Assembly: GCA_963771355.1 (NCBI GenBank)
Contig: CAVYTA010000006.1
Coordinates: 1,376,001-1,440,000 of the forward strand
From: an uncultured Candidatus Rokubacteria bacterium
Lineage (GTDB): Bacteria > Methylomirabilota > Methylomirabilia > Rokubacteriales > CSP1-6
Direction: 5' to 3'
DNA: 64,000 nucleotides
A model generated the notes under the pieces. The model was not told the origin of the DNA and searched no databases. It was given only the letters and a program-made list of their open reading frames with translations. Numbering within the stretch: the first letter of the stretch is position 1; each line of letters begins with the position of its first letter. Position numbers and translations under genes: made by a program. Below, in pieces: positions 1 through 9,153 of the stretch.

Positions 1-1311
1 CGCCACGATCTCCGCGGCGAAGCGCGCCCCGTCGGCGCCGTCGGCGACGCGGTGGTCGAAGGTGAGCGTGAGCGGCAGCAGGAGGCGCGGAACGATGACC
101 CCGTCGCGCACCACCGGCTCGAGGCGCGCGCGCGCCAGCGCCAGGATCGCGACCTCGGGATAGTTGATGATGGGGATGGCGCCGGTGCCGCCCAGCGGGC
201 CGATATTGGTGACGGTGAAGGTGCCGCCGCGGAGATCGTCCAGGGCCGCCTTGCCCTCGCGCACGCGCTGCGCGAGCGCGGCCAGCTCGCGGGCCACCTC
301 CAGCACCGGCTTCTGGTCCACGTCGCGCAGCACCGGCACGATGAGGCCGCGGTCCGTGGCCACCGCCACGCCGAGATGGTAGTGGCGCTTGAGGACGAGC
401 TCGCCCGCGCCGGGGTCGAGGCTCGCGTTGAAGACGGGGTGCTTGGTGAGCGCGGTGGCCACCGCCTTCAGGAGAAAGCTCGTGAGCGTGAGATAGATCC
501 CCTGCGCGCGGGCGGGCTCGAAGCCGCCGCGCACCACCGCGTCGAGCTCCGTGATGTCGGCGCGGTCGAAGTGCGTCACGTGGGGGACGAGCGCCGCCGA
601 GAGCGCCATGCGCTCGGCGATGGTCCGGCGGAGGTGCGTGAGCGGCACGCGCTCCACCGGACCCCATTGCTCGAAGCGCGGCAAGGGCGGCGGCTGGAGC
701 CCCACCGCGGCGAGCGGCCGCGCGGGACCGGCGGGCCGGGCCGGCTCCGTCGGCACGCTGGACACCGTTGAACGAGGGGACGGTGCGACGGGCGAGGCCG
801 GCGCGCCGGCGCCGCCGCCGGCCGCGGCGCGCACGTCCGCGTCGGTGATGCGGCCCGCCGGGCCGCTCCCCGTCACGGAGGCGAGATTCACCGCCAGCTC
901 GCGCGCCAGCCGCCGCGTGGCGGGCGTCGCCGGGGGCGGTCCGCCGTCCGTGCGGCGCGTGCCGGCGGTCGCCGGGGCCGCGGCGATGGGTACGGCCGCA
1001 GTGGCAGGCGCCGGCGCGGCGGGCGCCGCGGTGGCGCGGCTCGGCGCGGGCGCGGCCGCCGCCGGGACCACTTTCGCGTCGGCGAAGCTGACCAGCACGG
1101 CGCCGACCTTCACCGTCTGGCCGGGCTGGACGTGCACCCGCTCCACGCGCCCCGCCATGGGGGACGGGATCTCCACCTGCGCCTTGTCGGTCTCGACCTC
1201 GAGGAGGGGCGCGTCCTCCGCGATCACATCGCCCTCGCGTACCAGCACCTTCACGATCTCGGCCTCGGTGAGTCCCTCCCCGAGATCGGGCAGCTTGAAG
1301 TCGCGCGACAT
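1..1311 (-). CDS. pdhC: Dihydrolipoamide acyltransferase (E2) of a 2-oxoacid dehydrogenase complex; 3' end runs off the window
   Basis: Read manually (absent from the ORF track): MSRDFKLPDLGEGLTEAEIVKVLV...VETDKAQVEIPSP lipoyl domain, ATPATRRLARELAVNL E3-binding domain, GGTFTVTNIG and FDHRVADGADGARF catalytic motifs; follows E1b. Confidence 0.93.
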   Translation of the reverse strand, partial: MSRDFKLPDLGEGLTEAEIVKVLVREGDVIAEDAPLLEVETDKAQVEIPSPMAGRVERVHVQPGQTVKVGAVLVSFADAKVVPAAAAPAPSRATAAPAAPAPATAAVPIAAAPATAGTRRTDGGPPPATPATRRLARELAVNLASVTGSGPAGRITDADVRAAAGGGAGAPASPVAPSPRSTVSSVPTEPARPAGPARPLAAVGLQPPPLPRFEQWGPVERVPLTHLRRTIAERMALSAALVPHVTHFDRADITELDAVVRGGFEPARAQGIYLTLTSFLLKAVATALTKHPVFNASLDPGAGELVLKRHYHLGVAVATDRGLIVPVLRDVDQKPVLEVARELAALAQRVREGKAALDDLRGGTFTVTNIGPLGGTGAIPIINYPEVAILALARARLEPVVRDGVIVPRLLLPLTLTFDHRVADGADGARFAAEIVA

Positions 1312-1323
1312 GGCTCGCGCCGC

Positions 1324-2304
1324 CTAGAAGGCCAGCGTCTCGCGGGCGGCGGCCACCACCCGCGCGGCGTCGGGGACATTGGCCTTCTCGCGCGCGAACC
1401 CGGGGAACGGGATGTCGTAGGCAGTGACGCGCCGGATGGGCGCCTCCAGCGAGAGGAAGGCCCCCTCCTGGATGGAGGCGGCAATCTCCGCGCCGGGGCC
1501 GAAGCTCCGCGGCGCCTCGTGCACGATCACCGCCCGCCCCGTCTTCCCCACCGAGGCCACCAGGGCCTCGCGGTCGAGCGGCGAGACCGTGAGGAGATCG
1601 ACGATCTCGGCCTGCACGCCATCCTCCTGCTCGAGCGTGTCCGCGGCCTCCCGCGCGACGCGCACCATGGCGCCATAGGCCACGAGGGTAAGGTCTCCCC
1701 CCTCCCGGTCCACGCGGGCCCGGCCCAGGGGCATGGTCTCCGGCTCGTCCGGCACCTCCTCCTTGGCCGCGTGATAGAGCGCCTTGGCCTCGAAGAAGAT
1801 GACGGGGTCGGGGTCGCGAATGGCCGCCGCCAGCAGGGCCCGGGCATTGCGGGGGCTCGAGGGCACCACCATCTTCAGCCCGGGGATGTGGGCGTAGAAC
1901 TGCTCCTCGCTCTCCGAGTGATGCTCGAGCGCGCGCACCCCGCCGCCGTACGGCATGCGCACCACCAGCGGGACCTGGAAGCGCCCCTGAGAGCGCTGGC
2001 GGAAGCGCGCGACGTGATTCTCGATCTGGTGGAAGCACTGGAAGGCGAAGCCGGAAAACTGGATCTCGCAGACGGGGCGCAGCCCGTACAGTGCCATGCC
2101 CACCGCGGTGCCCACGATGGCGGCCTCGGCCAGGGGACTGTCGATCACGCGCCGCGAGCCGAACTGCCGCTGCAGGTCGTCGGTGACGCGAAACACGCCG
2201 CCGTCCACGCCCACGTCCTCACCCAGGATGAGGACGTCGGGATCACGCTCCATCTCCTGCTGGAGCGCGACGTTCAGCGCCTTCACCATGTTGAGCTTGG
2301 TCAT
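1324..2304 (-). CDS. pdhB: 2-oxoacid (pyruvate or branched-chain) dehydrogenase E1 beta subunit
   Basis: MTKLNMVKALN...ILGEDVGVDGGVFRVT...DSPLAEAAIVG...EIQFSGF...EHHSES; ATGA overlap with the E1a stop. Confidence 0.93.
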   Translation of the reverse strand: MTKLNMVKALNVALQQEMERDPDVLILGEDVGVDGGVFRVTDDLQRQFGSRRVIDSPLAEAAIVGTAVGMALYGLRPVCEIQFSGFAFQCFHQIENHVARFRQRSQGRFQVPLVVRMPYGGGVRALEHHSESEEQFYAHIPGLKMVVPSSPRNARALLAAAIRDPDPVIFFEAKALYHAAKEEVPDEPETMPLGRARVDREGGDLTLVAYGAMVRVAREAADTLEQEDGVQAEIVDLLTVSPLDREALVASVGKTGRAVIVHEAPRSFGPGAEIAASIQEGAFLSLEAPIRRVTAYDIPFPGFAREKANVPDAARVVAAARETLAF

Positions 2305-3449
2305 CGTCTGGTCGTCCGCTGCCCGCGCATGGGCACGGGGGCGGGCGGCTCGTCGCCGTCGGCGGCCGCGGCGGGCGCGGGCGCGCTCGCGCGCAGCCGC
2401 GCCGCCACCTCCGCGCGCTGGGCTTCGACATTGGCCGGCGGCGCGCCATACGCGTGGTCGAACATGGTCAGGGGATCGGGCGGCTCCGCGGACTCGAAGC
2501 GGGCCACCGCGGCGGCGATCTCGGCGTCGATGTCCGCCTCGACACCGGCCACCATGATGTTCCGCTTCTCGAGATAGGCGGTGAAGCGCGTGAGCGGATC
2601 CTTGCGCTCCCAGGCCGCCACCTCCTCCTGCGAGCGGTACTTGGTCGGATCGTCGGCGGTGGTGTGGACGCCGAGCCGGTAGGTGACGCACTCGATCAGG
2701 GTGGGGCCGTCACCCGCCCGCGCGCGATTCACCGCGTCCCGGCTGGCGACATACGTCGCCAGCACGTCGTTGCCGTCCACCTGGATTCCGGGGAAGCCGT
2801 AGGCGAGCGCCTTCTGGGCGAGGGTCGCGGAGTGCGTCTGCTTCTTGAGCGGCACCGAGATCGCCCACTGGTTGTTCTGGACCACGAAGACGATCGGCAC
2901 CGACCAGACGCCGGCGAAGTTCAGCGCCTCGTGGAAGTCGCCCTCCGAGGTGGCGCCGTCGCCGCAGTACGCCATCACCACCGCGTCGTCGCCGCGATAC
3001 TGGATCGCGTAGGCCAGCCCCACCGCGTGGGGCAGCTGGGTGGCCACCGGGATGCACACCGGGAGGTCATGCTGCTCGGGGCCGGGCTGGCCGCCTTCCA
3101 GGTGCCCCGAATAGAGGAGGAGCATCTTCTCGATCGACCAGCCGCGCCAGATCATGGCCGCGGTCTCGCGGAAGGAGGGCACCATCCAGTCGGTGGGGCG
3201 AAGCGCGAACACGCTGCCCATCTGCGCGGCTTCCTGCCCCTTGATCGGCGCGAAGGTGCCGATCCGTCCCTGGCGCTGCAGCCGGACCATCCGCTCGTCC
3301 AGCCGCCGGCCGAGGACCATGGCGCGGTAGAGGTGCCGGAGCTCATCGGCGGTGAGCGCGGGGTCGAGCGCCTCGTCGAGATTGCCATCACTGTCCAGCA
3401 CGGACAGGTGCTCGATGGGGTACCGCGGCTCGACAGTGGTCCTCGGCAT
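2301..3449 (-). CDS. pdhA: 2-oxoacid dehydrogenase E1 alpha subunit
   Basis: LQRQGRIG, GDGATSEGDFHEALNFA...NNQWAIS TPP-binding motif, YRLGVHTTADDPTKYR; substrate (pyruvate vs branched-chain) not resolvable. Confidence 0.93.
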   Translation of the reverse strand: MPRTTVEPRYPIEHLSVLDSDGNLDEALDPALTADELRHLYRAMVLGRRLDERMVRLQRQGRIGTFAPIKGQEAAQMGSVFALRPTDWMVPSFRETAAMIWRGWSIEKMLLLYSGHLEGGQPGPEQHDLPVCIPVATQLPHAVGLAYAIQYRGDDAVVMAYCGDGATSEGDFHEALNFAGVWSVPIVFVVQNNQWAISVPLKKQTHSATLAQKALAYGFPGIQVDGNDVLATYVASRDAVNRARAGDGPTLIECVTYRLGVHTTADDPTKYRSQEEVAAWERKDPLTRFTAYLEKRNIMVAGVEADIDAEIAAAVARFESAEPPDPLTMFDHAYGAPPANVEAQRAEVAARLRASAPAPAAAADGDEPPAPVPMRGQRTTRR

Positions 3450-3462
3450 GGAGGTCTCCCGG

Positions 3463-3490
3463 AAAGAAAAAGGGGCCCGCGGGGGCCCCC
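3463..3490 (-). terminator. Intrinsic terminator-like hairpin after the pup/FmdB genes
   Basis: Minus strand: GC-rich GGGGCCC/GGGCCCC stem followed by TTTTTCTTT. Confidence 0.6.
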
Positions 3491-3517
3491 TGGACTAATC
3501 GGACCGACGCGCGATCG

Positions 3518-3742
3518 CTAGTGACACCCGCAGCCCCCGCCGCAGCAGCCGCCGCCCCCCAGGGGCGCGGCGCCGCCCGAGGGCGCGGAGCCCGCGGACA
3601 CCGCGGTACGCGCGCGGAAGAGCGACAGCCGCTTCATCACCCGCTCGGCGCCGCAGGCCGGGCAAGCCACCGCGGTGCTGCCGTTGACGAGCTTCTCGAA
3701 CTCGCGGTCGCAGGTCAGGCAGGTGTACTCGTAGATCGGCAC
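3518..3742 (-). CDS. FmdB-family zinc-ribbon protein with Gly/Cys-rich C-terminal tail
   Basis: MPIYEYTCLTC..FEKL....ACPACG..V.KRLS; tail GGGGCCGGGCGCH. Confidence 0.88.
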   Translation of the reverse strand: MPIYEYTCLTCDREFEKLVNGSTAVACPACGAERVMKRLSLFRARTAVSAGSAPSGGAAPLGGGGCCGGGCGCH

Positions 3743-3744
3743 CG

Positions 3745-3945
3745 CTATTCCCCTCCGCGCTGGACGTAGCTCTTCACGAACTCCTCCGCGTTCTCCTCGA
3801 GGATGTCGTCGATCTCGTCCAGGAGATTGTCGAGATCCTCCTTCAGCTTCTTGCCCTTCTTGGCGAGCTCGCCGCTTCCCGCGCCGGACTCATCGCCTTC
3901 CGCCGGCTTGCTCGGCCTCGTTTCCTTCTTCTTCTGCTCTGCCAT
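3745..3945 (-). CDS. pup: Prokaryotic ubiquitin-like protein Pup (C-terminal GGE)
   Basis: 66 aa, charged disordered N-terminus, then LDNLLDEIDDILEENAEEFVKSYVQRGGE, the Pup signature; GGAGG RBS upstream. Confidence 0.92.
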   Translation of the reverse strand: MAEQKKKETRPSKPAEGDESGAGSGELAKKGKKLKEDLDNLLDEIDDILEENAEEFVKSYVQRGGE

Positions 3946-3989
3946 GGGACCTTACCTCCTGGCCTCCTCGCGCGAGGCCGGCACGCGGG

Positions 3990-4541
3990 CTAGACCGTGG
4001 GGAGCACGATCCCCTGCTGGCCCTGGTACTTCCCCTGCCGATCCGCGTACGACGTCAGGCACGCCTCGTCCGACTCGAAGAACAGCACCTGCGCGATGCC
4101 CTCGTTGGCGTAGATCTTCGCGGGCAGTGGGGTGGTATTGCTGATTTCCAGCGTCACGAACCCTTCCCACTCGGGCTCGAAGGGAGTCACGTTGGTGATG
4201 ATGCCGCACCGGGCGTAGGTGGACTTCCCCACGCAGATGGTGAGGACGTTGCGCGGGATCTTGAAGTACTCGACGGAGCGCCCCAGCGCGAACGAGTTGG
4301 GGGGGATGATGCAGACGTCCCCCTGGAAGTCGACGAACGAGCGGGGATCGAAGGCCTTGGGATCCACGATGGTGTTGTTGATGTTCGTGAAGATCTTGAA
4401 CTCGTCGGAGATTCTCAAATCATACCCGTAGGAGGAGACGCCGTACGAGATCATGCCCTTGCGGACCTGCCGATCCTCGAAGGGCTTGATCATGCCCTGC
4501 TCGAGGGCCAGCTGCTTGATCCACCGATCGCTCTTGATCAC
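3990..4541 (-). CDS. dcd: dCTP deaminase
   Basis: IKSDRWI...[13 protein letters not shown]...[23 protein letters not shown]...YQGQQG. Confidence 0.96.
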   Translation of the reverse strand: MIKSDRWIKQLALEQGMIKPFEDRQVRKGMISYGVSSYGYDLRISDEFKIFTNINNTIVDPKAFDPRSFVDFQGDVCIIPPNSFALGRSVEYFKIPRNVLTICVGKSTYARCGIITNVTPFEPEWEGFVTLEISNTTPLPAKIYANEGIAQVLFFESDEACLTSYADRQGKYQGQQGIVLPTV

Positions 4542-4618
4542 GTCCGATCGCTCTTTCTCACGTCATGGCCCCCAGTGCATCTCACTACGGTCATGGTACT
4601 GCCGCCCCCGAGAGGGAG

Positions 4619-5521
4619 TCAAGCAACCGGCTCGCAGGTGACGCCGGTGACGTCCACCGCCAGCGTCACCGCGCGCCCGGCGGTGCCGGTCTCGCGCAGG
4701 GCCGCCTCCATGGCGGCGCTCACCGCGTCGCCGGGGCCCGCCACCGGGGCGAGGAGGGAGGGCCCCGCGCCGCTGAGCACGCAGCCGAGCGCGCCGGCGC
4801 CGCGCGCCGCCGCCACCGCGGCGGGCAGCCAGGGAAAGAGGCGCCAGCGCTGCGGCTGGTGCAGGCGGTCATCGAGCGCCGCCGGGAGGAGATCGAGACG
4901 CCCCGCGCTCAGGGCGCCGAGGAGCAGGCCCATCCGCTGGAGGTTGAACACGGCGTCCGCGCGCGACACCGAGGCGGCGAGCACGGCGCGGGCCTCCTCG
5001 GTCGAGCCTTCGATCTCCGGGATGAGCACCACCCATCGGATGGTGGGCGGCACCGGCAGCGACAGCGCGACCACGCGGTCGCCGGAGTGACAGGACACGG
5101 TGAGCCCGCCCAGGAGCGCGGCGGCCACGTTGTCCGGATGGCCCTCCGCGCGTGTGGCCAGCTCGAGCAGCGTGTCGCGCGAGAGGCCGCCGCCGGCCAG
5201 CGCATTGCCGGCCACGAGCCCGCCCATCCAGGCGGCGGCGCTCGATCCCAGGCCGCGGCTCGGCGGGATGCGATTCACGCAGCGGAGCGCCACGCCGCGA
5301 AACGGACGGCCGGCGGCCTCGAAGGCCATGCGCACCGCGCGCGCGACCACGTTCCGCGCGCCCGTCTCCAGCCGGCCCGCGCCCTCTCCCTCGATCACCA
5401 CCGAGACGCCGTCGGCCTCCTCGGCGTCGACATCATTGTGCAGCGCCAGCGCCAGCCCCAGCACGTCGAAGCCCGGGCCGAGATTCGCCGAGGTGGCGGG
5501 CACGCGGACGTGGACGCGCAT
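4619..5521 (-). CDS. thrB: Homoserine kinase
   Basis: VPATSANLGPGFD, IPPSRGLGSSAAA (GHMP motif), EGHPDNVA, LHQPQR, SGAGPS. Confidence 0.95.
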   Translation of the reverse strand: MRVHVRVPATSANLGPGFDVLGLALALHNDVDAEEADGVSVVIEGEGAGRLETGARNVVARAVRMAFEAAGRPFRGVALRCVNRIPPSRGLGSSAAAWMGGLVAGNALAGGGLSRDTLLELATRAEGHPDNVAAALLGGLTVSCHSGDRVVALSLPVPPTIRWVVLIPEIEGSTEEARAVLAASVSRADAVFNLQRMGLLLGALSAGRLDLLPAALDDRLHQPQRWRLFPWLPAAVAAARGAGALGCVLSGAGPSLLAPVAGPGDAVSAAMEAALRETGTAGRAVTLAVDVTGVTCEPVA

Positions 5522-5536
5522 GGCGGGGACTGTACC

Positions 5537-6274
5537 CTACAGCCGCTTCAGCAGCCACTCCGGCGTGAGGCTGAGCGCCCAGGAGTTCAGCACGATGTAG
5601 TAGTTGGTCACCACGAGGACGCCCACCGCGACGAGCAGCAGCCCGGCGACGCGCTCCACCACGGGGATGAACGGGCGATAGCGCTTGAAGAAGGCGAGGA
5701 AGCTTCCCAGCGCGAGCGAGAAGAGCAGGAAGGGAATGCCCAGCCCCGCCGAGTAGGCGAGCAGCAGCGCGGTGCCCTGCCCGACCGTGCGGTCGCTGCT
5801 CGCGAGCGTGAGGATGGAGCCCAGGATGGGCCCGACGCACGGGGTCCAGCCGATGGCGAAGGTGAGCCCGACCGCAAAGGACCCGACCACGCCGGCCGGC
5901 TTCTGCTGGATCTGGAGCTGGGCCGAGCGCCCGAAGAGACCCACGCGGAGAAACCCCGCGATGTAGAGCCCGAAGACGATGATGAGGATGCCGCCCGCCA
6001 CGCGGATCCAGTCCCGATACGCGAGGAGGAACTGGCCCGCGGCGCTCACCGAAACTCCGAGGCTCACGAACACCGCGGTGAAGCCCGCGATGAACGCGAG
6101 CGAGTGCAGGACCACGCGTCCCCGGGTGCCGGTCGTCACCTCGCCCGAGAGACGCTCCACCGACATGCCGGTGATGAAGGACAGGTAGGAGGGGAAGAGC
6201 GGGAGGACGCAGGGGGAAAGGAAGGAGAGAATTCCGGCCACAAGCGCCGCTGATAGACCAACCGAATCAGTCAC
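5537..6274 (-). CDS. ccdA: Cytochrome c biogenesis protein CcdA (DsbD transmembrane domain)
   Basis: AGILSFLSPCVLPLFPSY and FAIGWTPCVGPILGSIL; multiple TM segments. Confidence 0.93.
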   Translation of the reverse strand: MTDSVGLSAALVAGILSFLSPCVLPLFPSYLSFITGMSVERLSGEVTTGTRGRVVLHSLAFIAGFTAVFVSLGVSVSAAGQFLLAYRDWIRVAGGILIIVFGLYIAGFLRVGLFGRSAQLQIQQKPAGVVGSFAVGLTFAIGWTPCVGPILGSILTLASSDRTVGQGTALLLAYSAGLGIPFLLFSLALGSFLAFFKRYRPFIPVVERVAGLLLVAVGVLVVTNYYIVLNSWALSLTPEWLLKRL

Positions 6275-6284
6275 TTGAATCCAA

Positions 6285-6815
6285 TCATCTCAAGAGAGAC
6301 TCGAAGAGCTGCCTCGCGGCCGGACGATCCCACTCCCGGGGTCCCAGGGCGATGTGGGTGATGCTGCCCTTCCGGTCGATGATCAGGCTGGCCGGCAACA
6401 CCCGGACTCCGTAGAGGCTCGCCACGCGAAGCCTCGGATCGAGGCCGACCGGAAAAGTGAACCCGCTCTCCTTCACGAAGCGCGCGACGCTGCGGGTCGA
6501 GCCCTCGGAGTCGTTCGAGACGGCGAGCACCACCAGCCCTTGCTCGCGGAACTTCTGGTAGAGGCGCTCCATCGCCGGCATCTCCTCCTTGCAGGGCCCG
6601 CACCACGTCGCCCAGAAGTTGAGGAGCACCACGCGGCCGCGAAAATCGGCGAGCGAGACCTTGGCGCCATCGGGAGTCGGCACCTCGAAGGGCTTGGCGG
6701 ACTGCGCCCGGCCCGGCCGGACGAGCTCGAGCTGCGCTGCCGGATCCTCGGCGCGCGCGGCCACTCCGGGCGCCCCCACGAGCGCGAGCACGATGATCAG
6801 GAAGCTGCGTATCAC
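6285..6815 (-). CDS. TlpA/ResA-family thiol-disulfide oxidoreductase (exported)
   Basis: Signal peptide, LLNFWATWCGPCKEEMP; adjacent to ccdA; GTG start placed 6 nt after a TATACT box. Confidence 0.9.
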   Translation of the reverse strand: MIRSFLIIVLALVGAPGVAARAEDPAAQLELVRPGRAQSAKPFEVPTPDGAKVSLADFRGRVVLLNFWATWCGPCKEEMPAMERLYQKFREQGLVVLAVSNDSEGSTRSVARFVKESGFTFPVGLDPRLRVASLYGVRVLPASLIIDRKGSITHIALGPREWDRPAARQLFESLLR

Positions 6816-6884
6816 GACGGCAGTATACACGCCACCCCCGGCTCCCCCGGCGCCCAGCCGGTCTGTGATAGGGTGCTTCTGGGC

Positions 6885-8102
6885 ATGACTTTGACCATCA
6901 TCGCGGACGACCTCACCGGCGCCTGCGACACCGGCTGCCTCTTCGCCGGGCCGGCGCCCGTCGGCGTGATCGCGGAGCCCGGCCTCGACCAGAGCGACGC
7001 GGGCGTGGTGGCGGTGGACACCGAGAGCCGCGCCCTCCCCGCTCCCGACGCGGGCCGGCGCGTACGCGCCGCCGCCTCGCGGCTGGGAACGCGGCTGCAC
7101 GCGGGCCCGCTCTTCAAGAAGATCGACTCCACCATGCGGGGCCCGGTGGCCGCCGAGCTCGAGGCGCTGCTGGACACGGGCGGCTGGGACGGCGCGCTGG
7201 TGTGCCCCGCCTTTCCCGCGCAGGGCCGCGTGGTCCGCGACGGCGTGCTCCACGTCGACGGCGTGCCTGCTCACGGGACGGTGATCGGGCGCGATCGCCA
7301 CTATCCGGGCGCCACCTCCGACGTGGGAGAGATTCTTGCGCAGGGCATGGCCCACGGCACCAGGCGGGCGATTCACCGGCTACCGCTGGCCGCCGTGCGC
7401 GCCGGCGCCGAGGCCGTGCGCGACGCGCTGGGCCGGGCGGCAGGCGGGCTGGTCGCCGCCGACGCGGAGACGGACGCGGACCTCGCCGTGCTCGCCGGCG
7501 CCACCGCGCCGCGCCTGGCCTGGCTGCTCGCGGGCTCGGCCGGGCTCGGGCAGGCGGTGGCGGGCGCGCTCCAGTTTCCACGCGCCACCGTTCCCCTTCC
7601 GCCGGGCCGCGCCTGGCTCTGGGTGGTGGGCAGCCTGCACGCGGCGAGCCGCGCCCAGCTCGCCGCCCTCGAGGCGGCGGGCGCGGAGGGCGTGTATCTC
7701 GACGGCCGCACGAATGAGGGCGGCCGCGCGCCGGATCATGCGACGGTGCGACGCGCGCTCGGCCGCGGCCGCCCCGCCTTCCTCGCCAGCGCCCCCGGGG
7801 CGCGGCTCGCGCCGCGTGAGGCCTCCCGCGCGCTGGGCGCGGCCACCGCGCGCGTGCTCGCCGATTCCGCGCCCGACGTCCTCGCGGTGACCGGCGGCGA
7901 GACCGCCTACGAGGTGCTCCAGGCGCTGGGCGCCACGCGCCTCGATCTCCTCGGCGCGCCCGCGAGCGGGCTCGCGCTGGGGGCCCTCACCTTCGCGGGC
8001 TCCCCTCGACCGGAAGGAAGCCCCTTACCGCTGCTCGCCAAGGCGGGCGGCTTCGGCGCGCCGGATCTCTTTCTGACCCTTCTGGAGGGACGGGCCCCCT
8101 GA
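6885..8102 (+). CDS. Four-carbon acid-sugar kinase family protein (DUF1537; DtnK/OtnK-like)
   Basis: IIADDLTGACDTG, DTESR, FKKIDSTMRG, PAFPAQGR, GSAGLG, TGGETA, KAGGFG. Confidence 0.9.
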   Translation: MTLTIIADDLTGACDTGCLFAGPAPVGVIAEPGLDQSDAGVVAVDTESRALPAPDAGRRVRAAASRLGTRLHAGPLFKKIDSTMRGPVAAELEALLDTGGWDGALVCPAFPAQGRVVRDGVLHVDGVPAHGTVIGRDRHYPGATSDVGEILAQGMAHGTRRAIHRLPLAAVRAGAEAVRDALGRAAGGLVAADAETDADLAVLAGATAPRLAWLLAGSAGLGQAVAGALQFPRATVPLPPGRAWLWVVGSLHAASRAQLAALEAAGAEGVYLDGRTNEGGRAPDHATVRRALGRGRPAFLASAPGARLAPREASRALGAATARVLADSAPDVLAVTGGETAYEVLQALGATRLDLLGAPASGLALGALTFAGSPRPEGSPLPLLAKAGGFGAPDLFLTLLEGRAP

Positions 8103-9136
8103 GCGCGCGCCTCCCCCTGCTGGGCATCACCATGGGCGATCCCGCCGGCGTGGGGCCCGAGATCACCGCGAAGGCGCTGGCCCTGCCGGCGGTGGCCTCC
8201 ACGTGCCGTCCCGTCGTCATCGGCTCGGGCGACGTGTTGGCGGCCACGCTCGAGCTGCTGCACTCGCCGCTGGCGCTCCACCGTGTCAAGTCGCCCGCGG
8301 AGTGCCGCTTCGCCGCGGGCACCCTGGAGTGCCTCGACCTCGAGAACGTGGACGTGCCGAGCCTGCCGCGCCGCGCGGTGAGCGCGGAGGCGGGCCGAGC
8401 CGCCTACGACTACATCGAGACGGCGGTGCGCCTCTGCCAGGGGCACGAGATCGACGCCATGGTGACCGCCCCCATCAACAAGGAGGCGCTGGCCGCCGCC
8501 GGGCACCCGCACACGGGACATACCGAGATCCTGGCCAAGCTGTCCGACACCCGCGACTTCGCCATGCTCCTCATGGGCAAGGAGCTGCGCGTGATCCACG
8601 TGACCACCCACGTGGCGCTGCGCCGCGTCCCCGACCTGGTGACGCGCGAGCGTGTGGGCCGGGTGATCGGGCTCGCGCAGCAGACCATGAATTTCCTCGG
8701 CGTGGCGCGCCCGAAGATCGCGGTCTGCGGGCTCAACCCGCACGCGGGCGAGGACGGCCTCTTCGGCGACGAGGAAGGGCGCGTGATCACCCCGGCCATC
8801 GAGGCGGCGCGGGGCGAGGGCCTCGACGTGTACGGGCCCCTGCCCGCCGACACGCTGTTCTCGCGCGCGCGCGGCGGGGAGTTCGACATCGTGGTCGCCA
8901 TGTACCACGACCAGGGCCACGTTCCCGTGAAGACGCTGGGCTTCACGTTCGATCAGGCGGCGGGCACGTGGACGGGGCTGTCCGGCGTGAACGTGACCGT
9001 CGGCCTCCCGTTCCTGCGCGTGTCGGTGGACCACGGCACCGCCTTCGATCGCGCCTGGAAGGGCATCGCCAATCCCGAGAGCATGATCGAGGCCATCGCG
9101 GTGGCCACCCACATGCTCGGTGCGCGCGGGAACTAG
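8099..9136 (+). CDS. pdxA: PdxA-family dehydrogenase (probably PdxA2, 4-phospho-threonate/erythronate type); probable CTG start
   Basis: LLGITMGDPAGVGPEI, TAPINKE, GHTE, GLNPHAGEDG, AMYHDQGH, RVSVDHGTAFD; coupled to the DUF1537 kinase. Confidence 0.9.
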   Translation: MSARLPLLGITMGDPAGVGPEITAKALALPAVASTCRPVVIGSGDVLAATLELLHSPLALHRVKSPAECRFAAGTLECLDLENVDVPSLPRRAVSAEAGRAAYDYIETAVRLCQGHEIDAMVTAPINKEALAAAGHPHTGHTEILAKLSDTRDFAMLLMGKELRVIHVTTHVALRRVPDLVTRERVGRVIGLAQQTMNFLGVARPKIAVCGLNPHAGEDGLFGDEEGRVITPAIEAARGEGLDVYGPLPADTLFSRARGGEFDIVVAMYHDQGHVPVKTLGFTFDQAAGTWTGLSGVNVTVGLPFLRVSVDHGTAFDRAWKGIANPESMIEAIAVATHMLGARGN

Positions 9137-9153
9137 GCGCGCCCGCGCGGTCC

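Noticed and set aside
3745..3945. UBact rather than Pup
   Set aside because: The LDEIDDILEENAEEFVKSYVQ.GGE core is the Pup signature, not the UBact-type C-terminus
6285..6815. Further Sec candidates among the other redoxins (also 62977..63480) and the Mo-oxidoreductase
   Set aside because: All have ordinary Cys codons at their active sites
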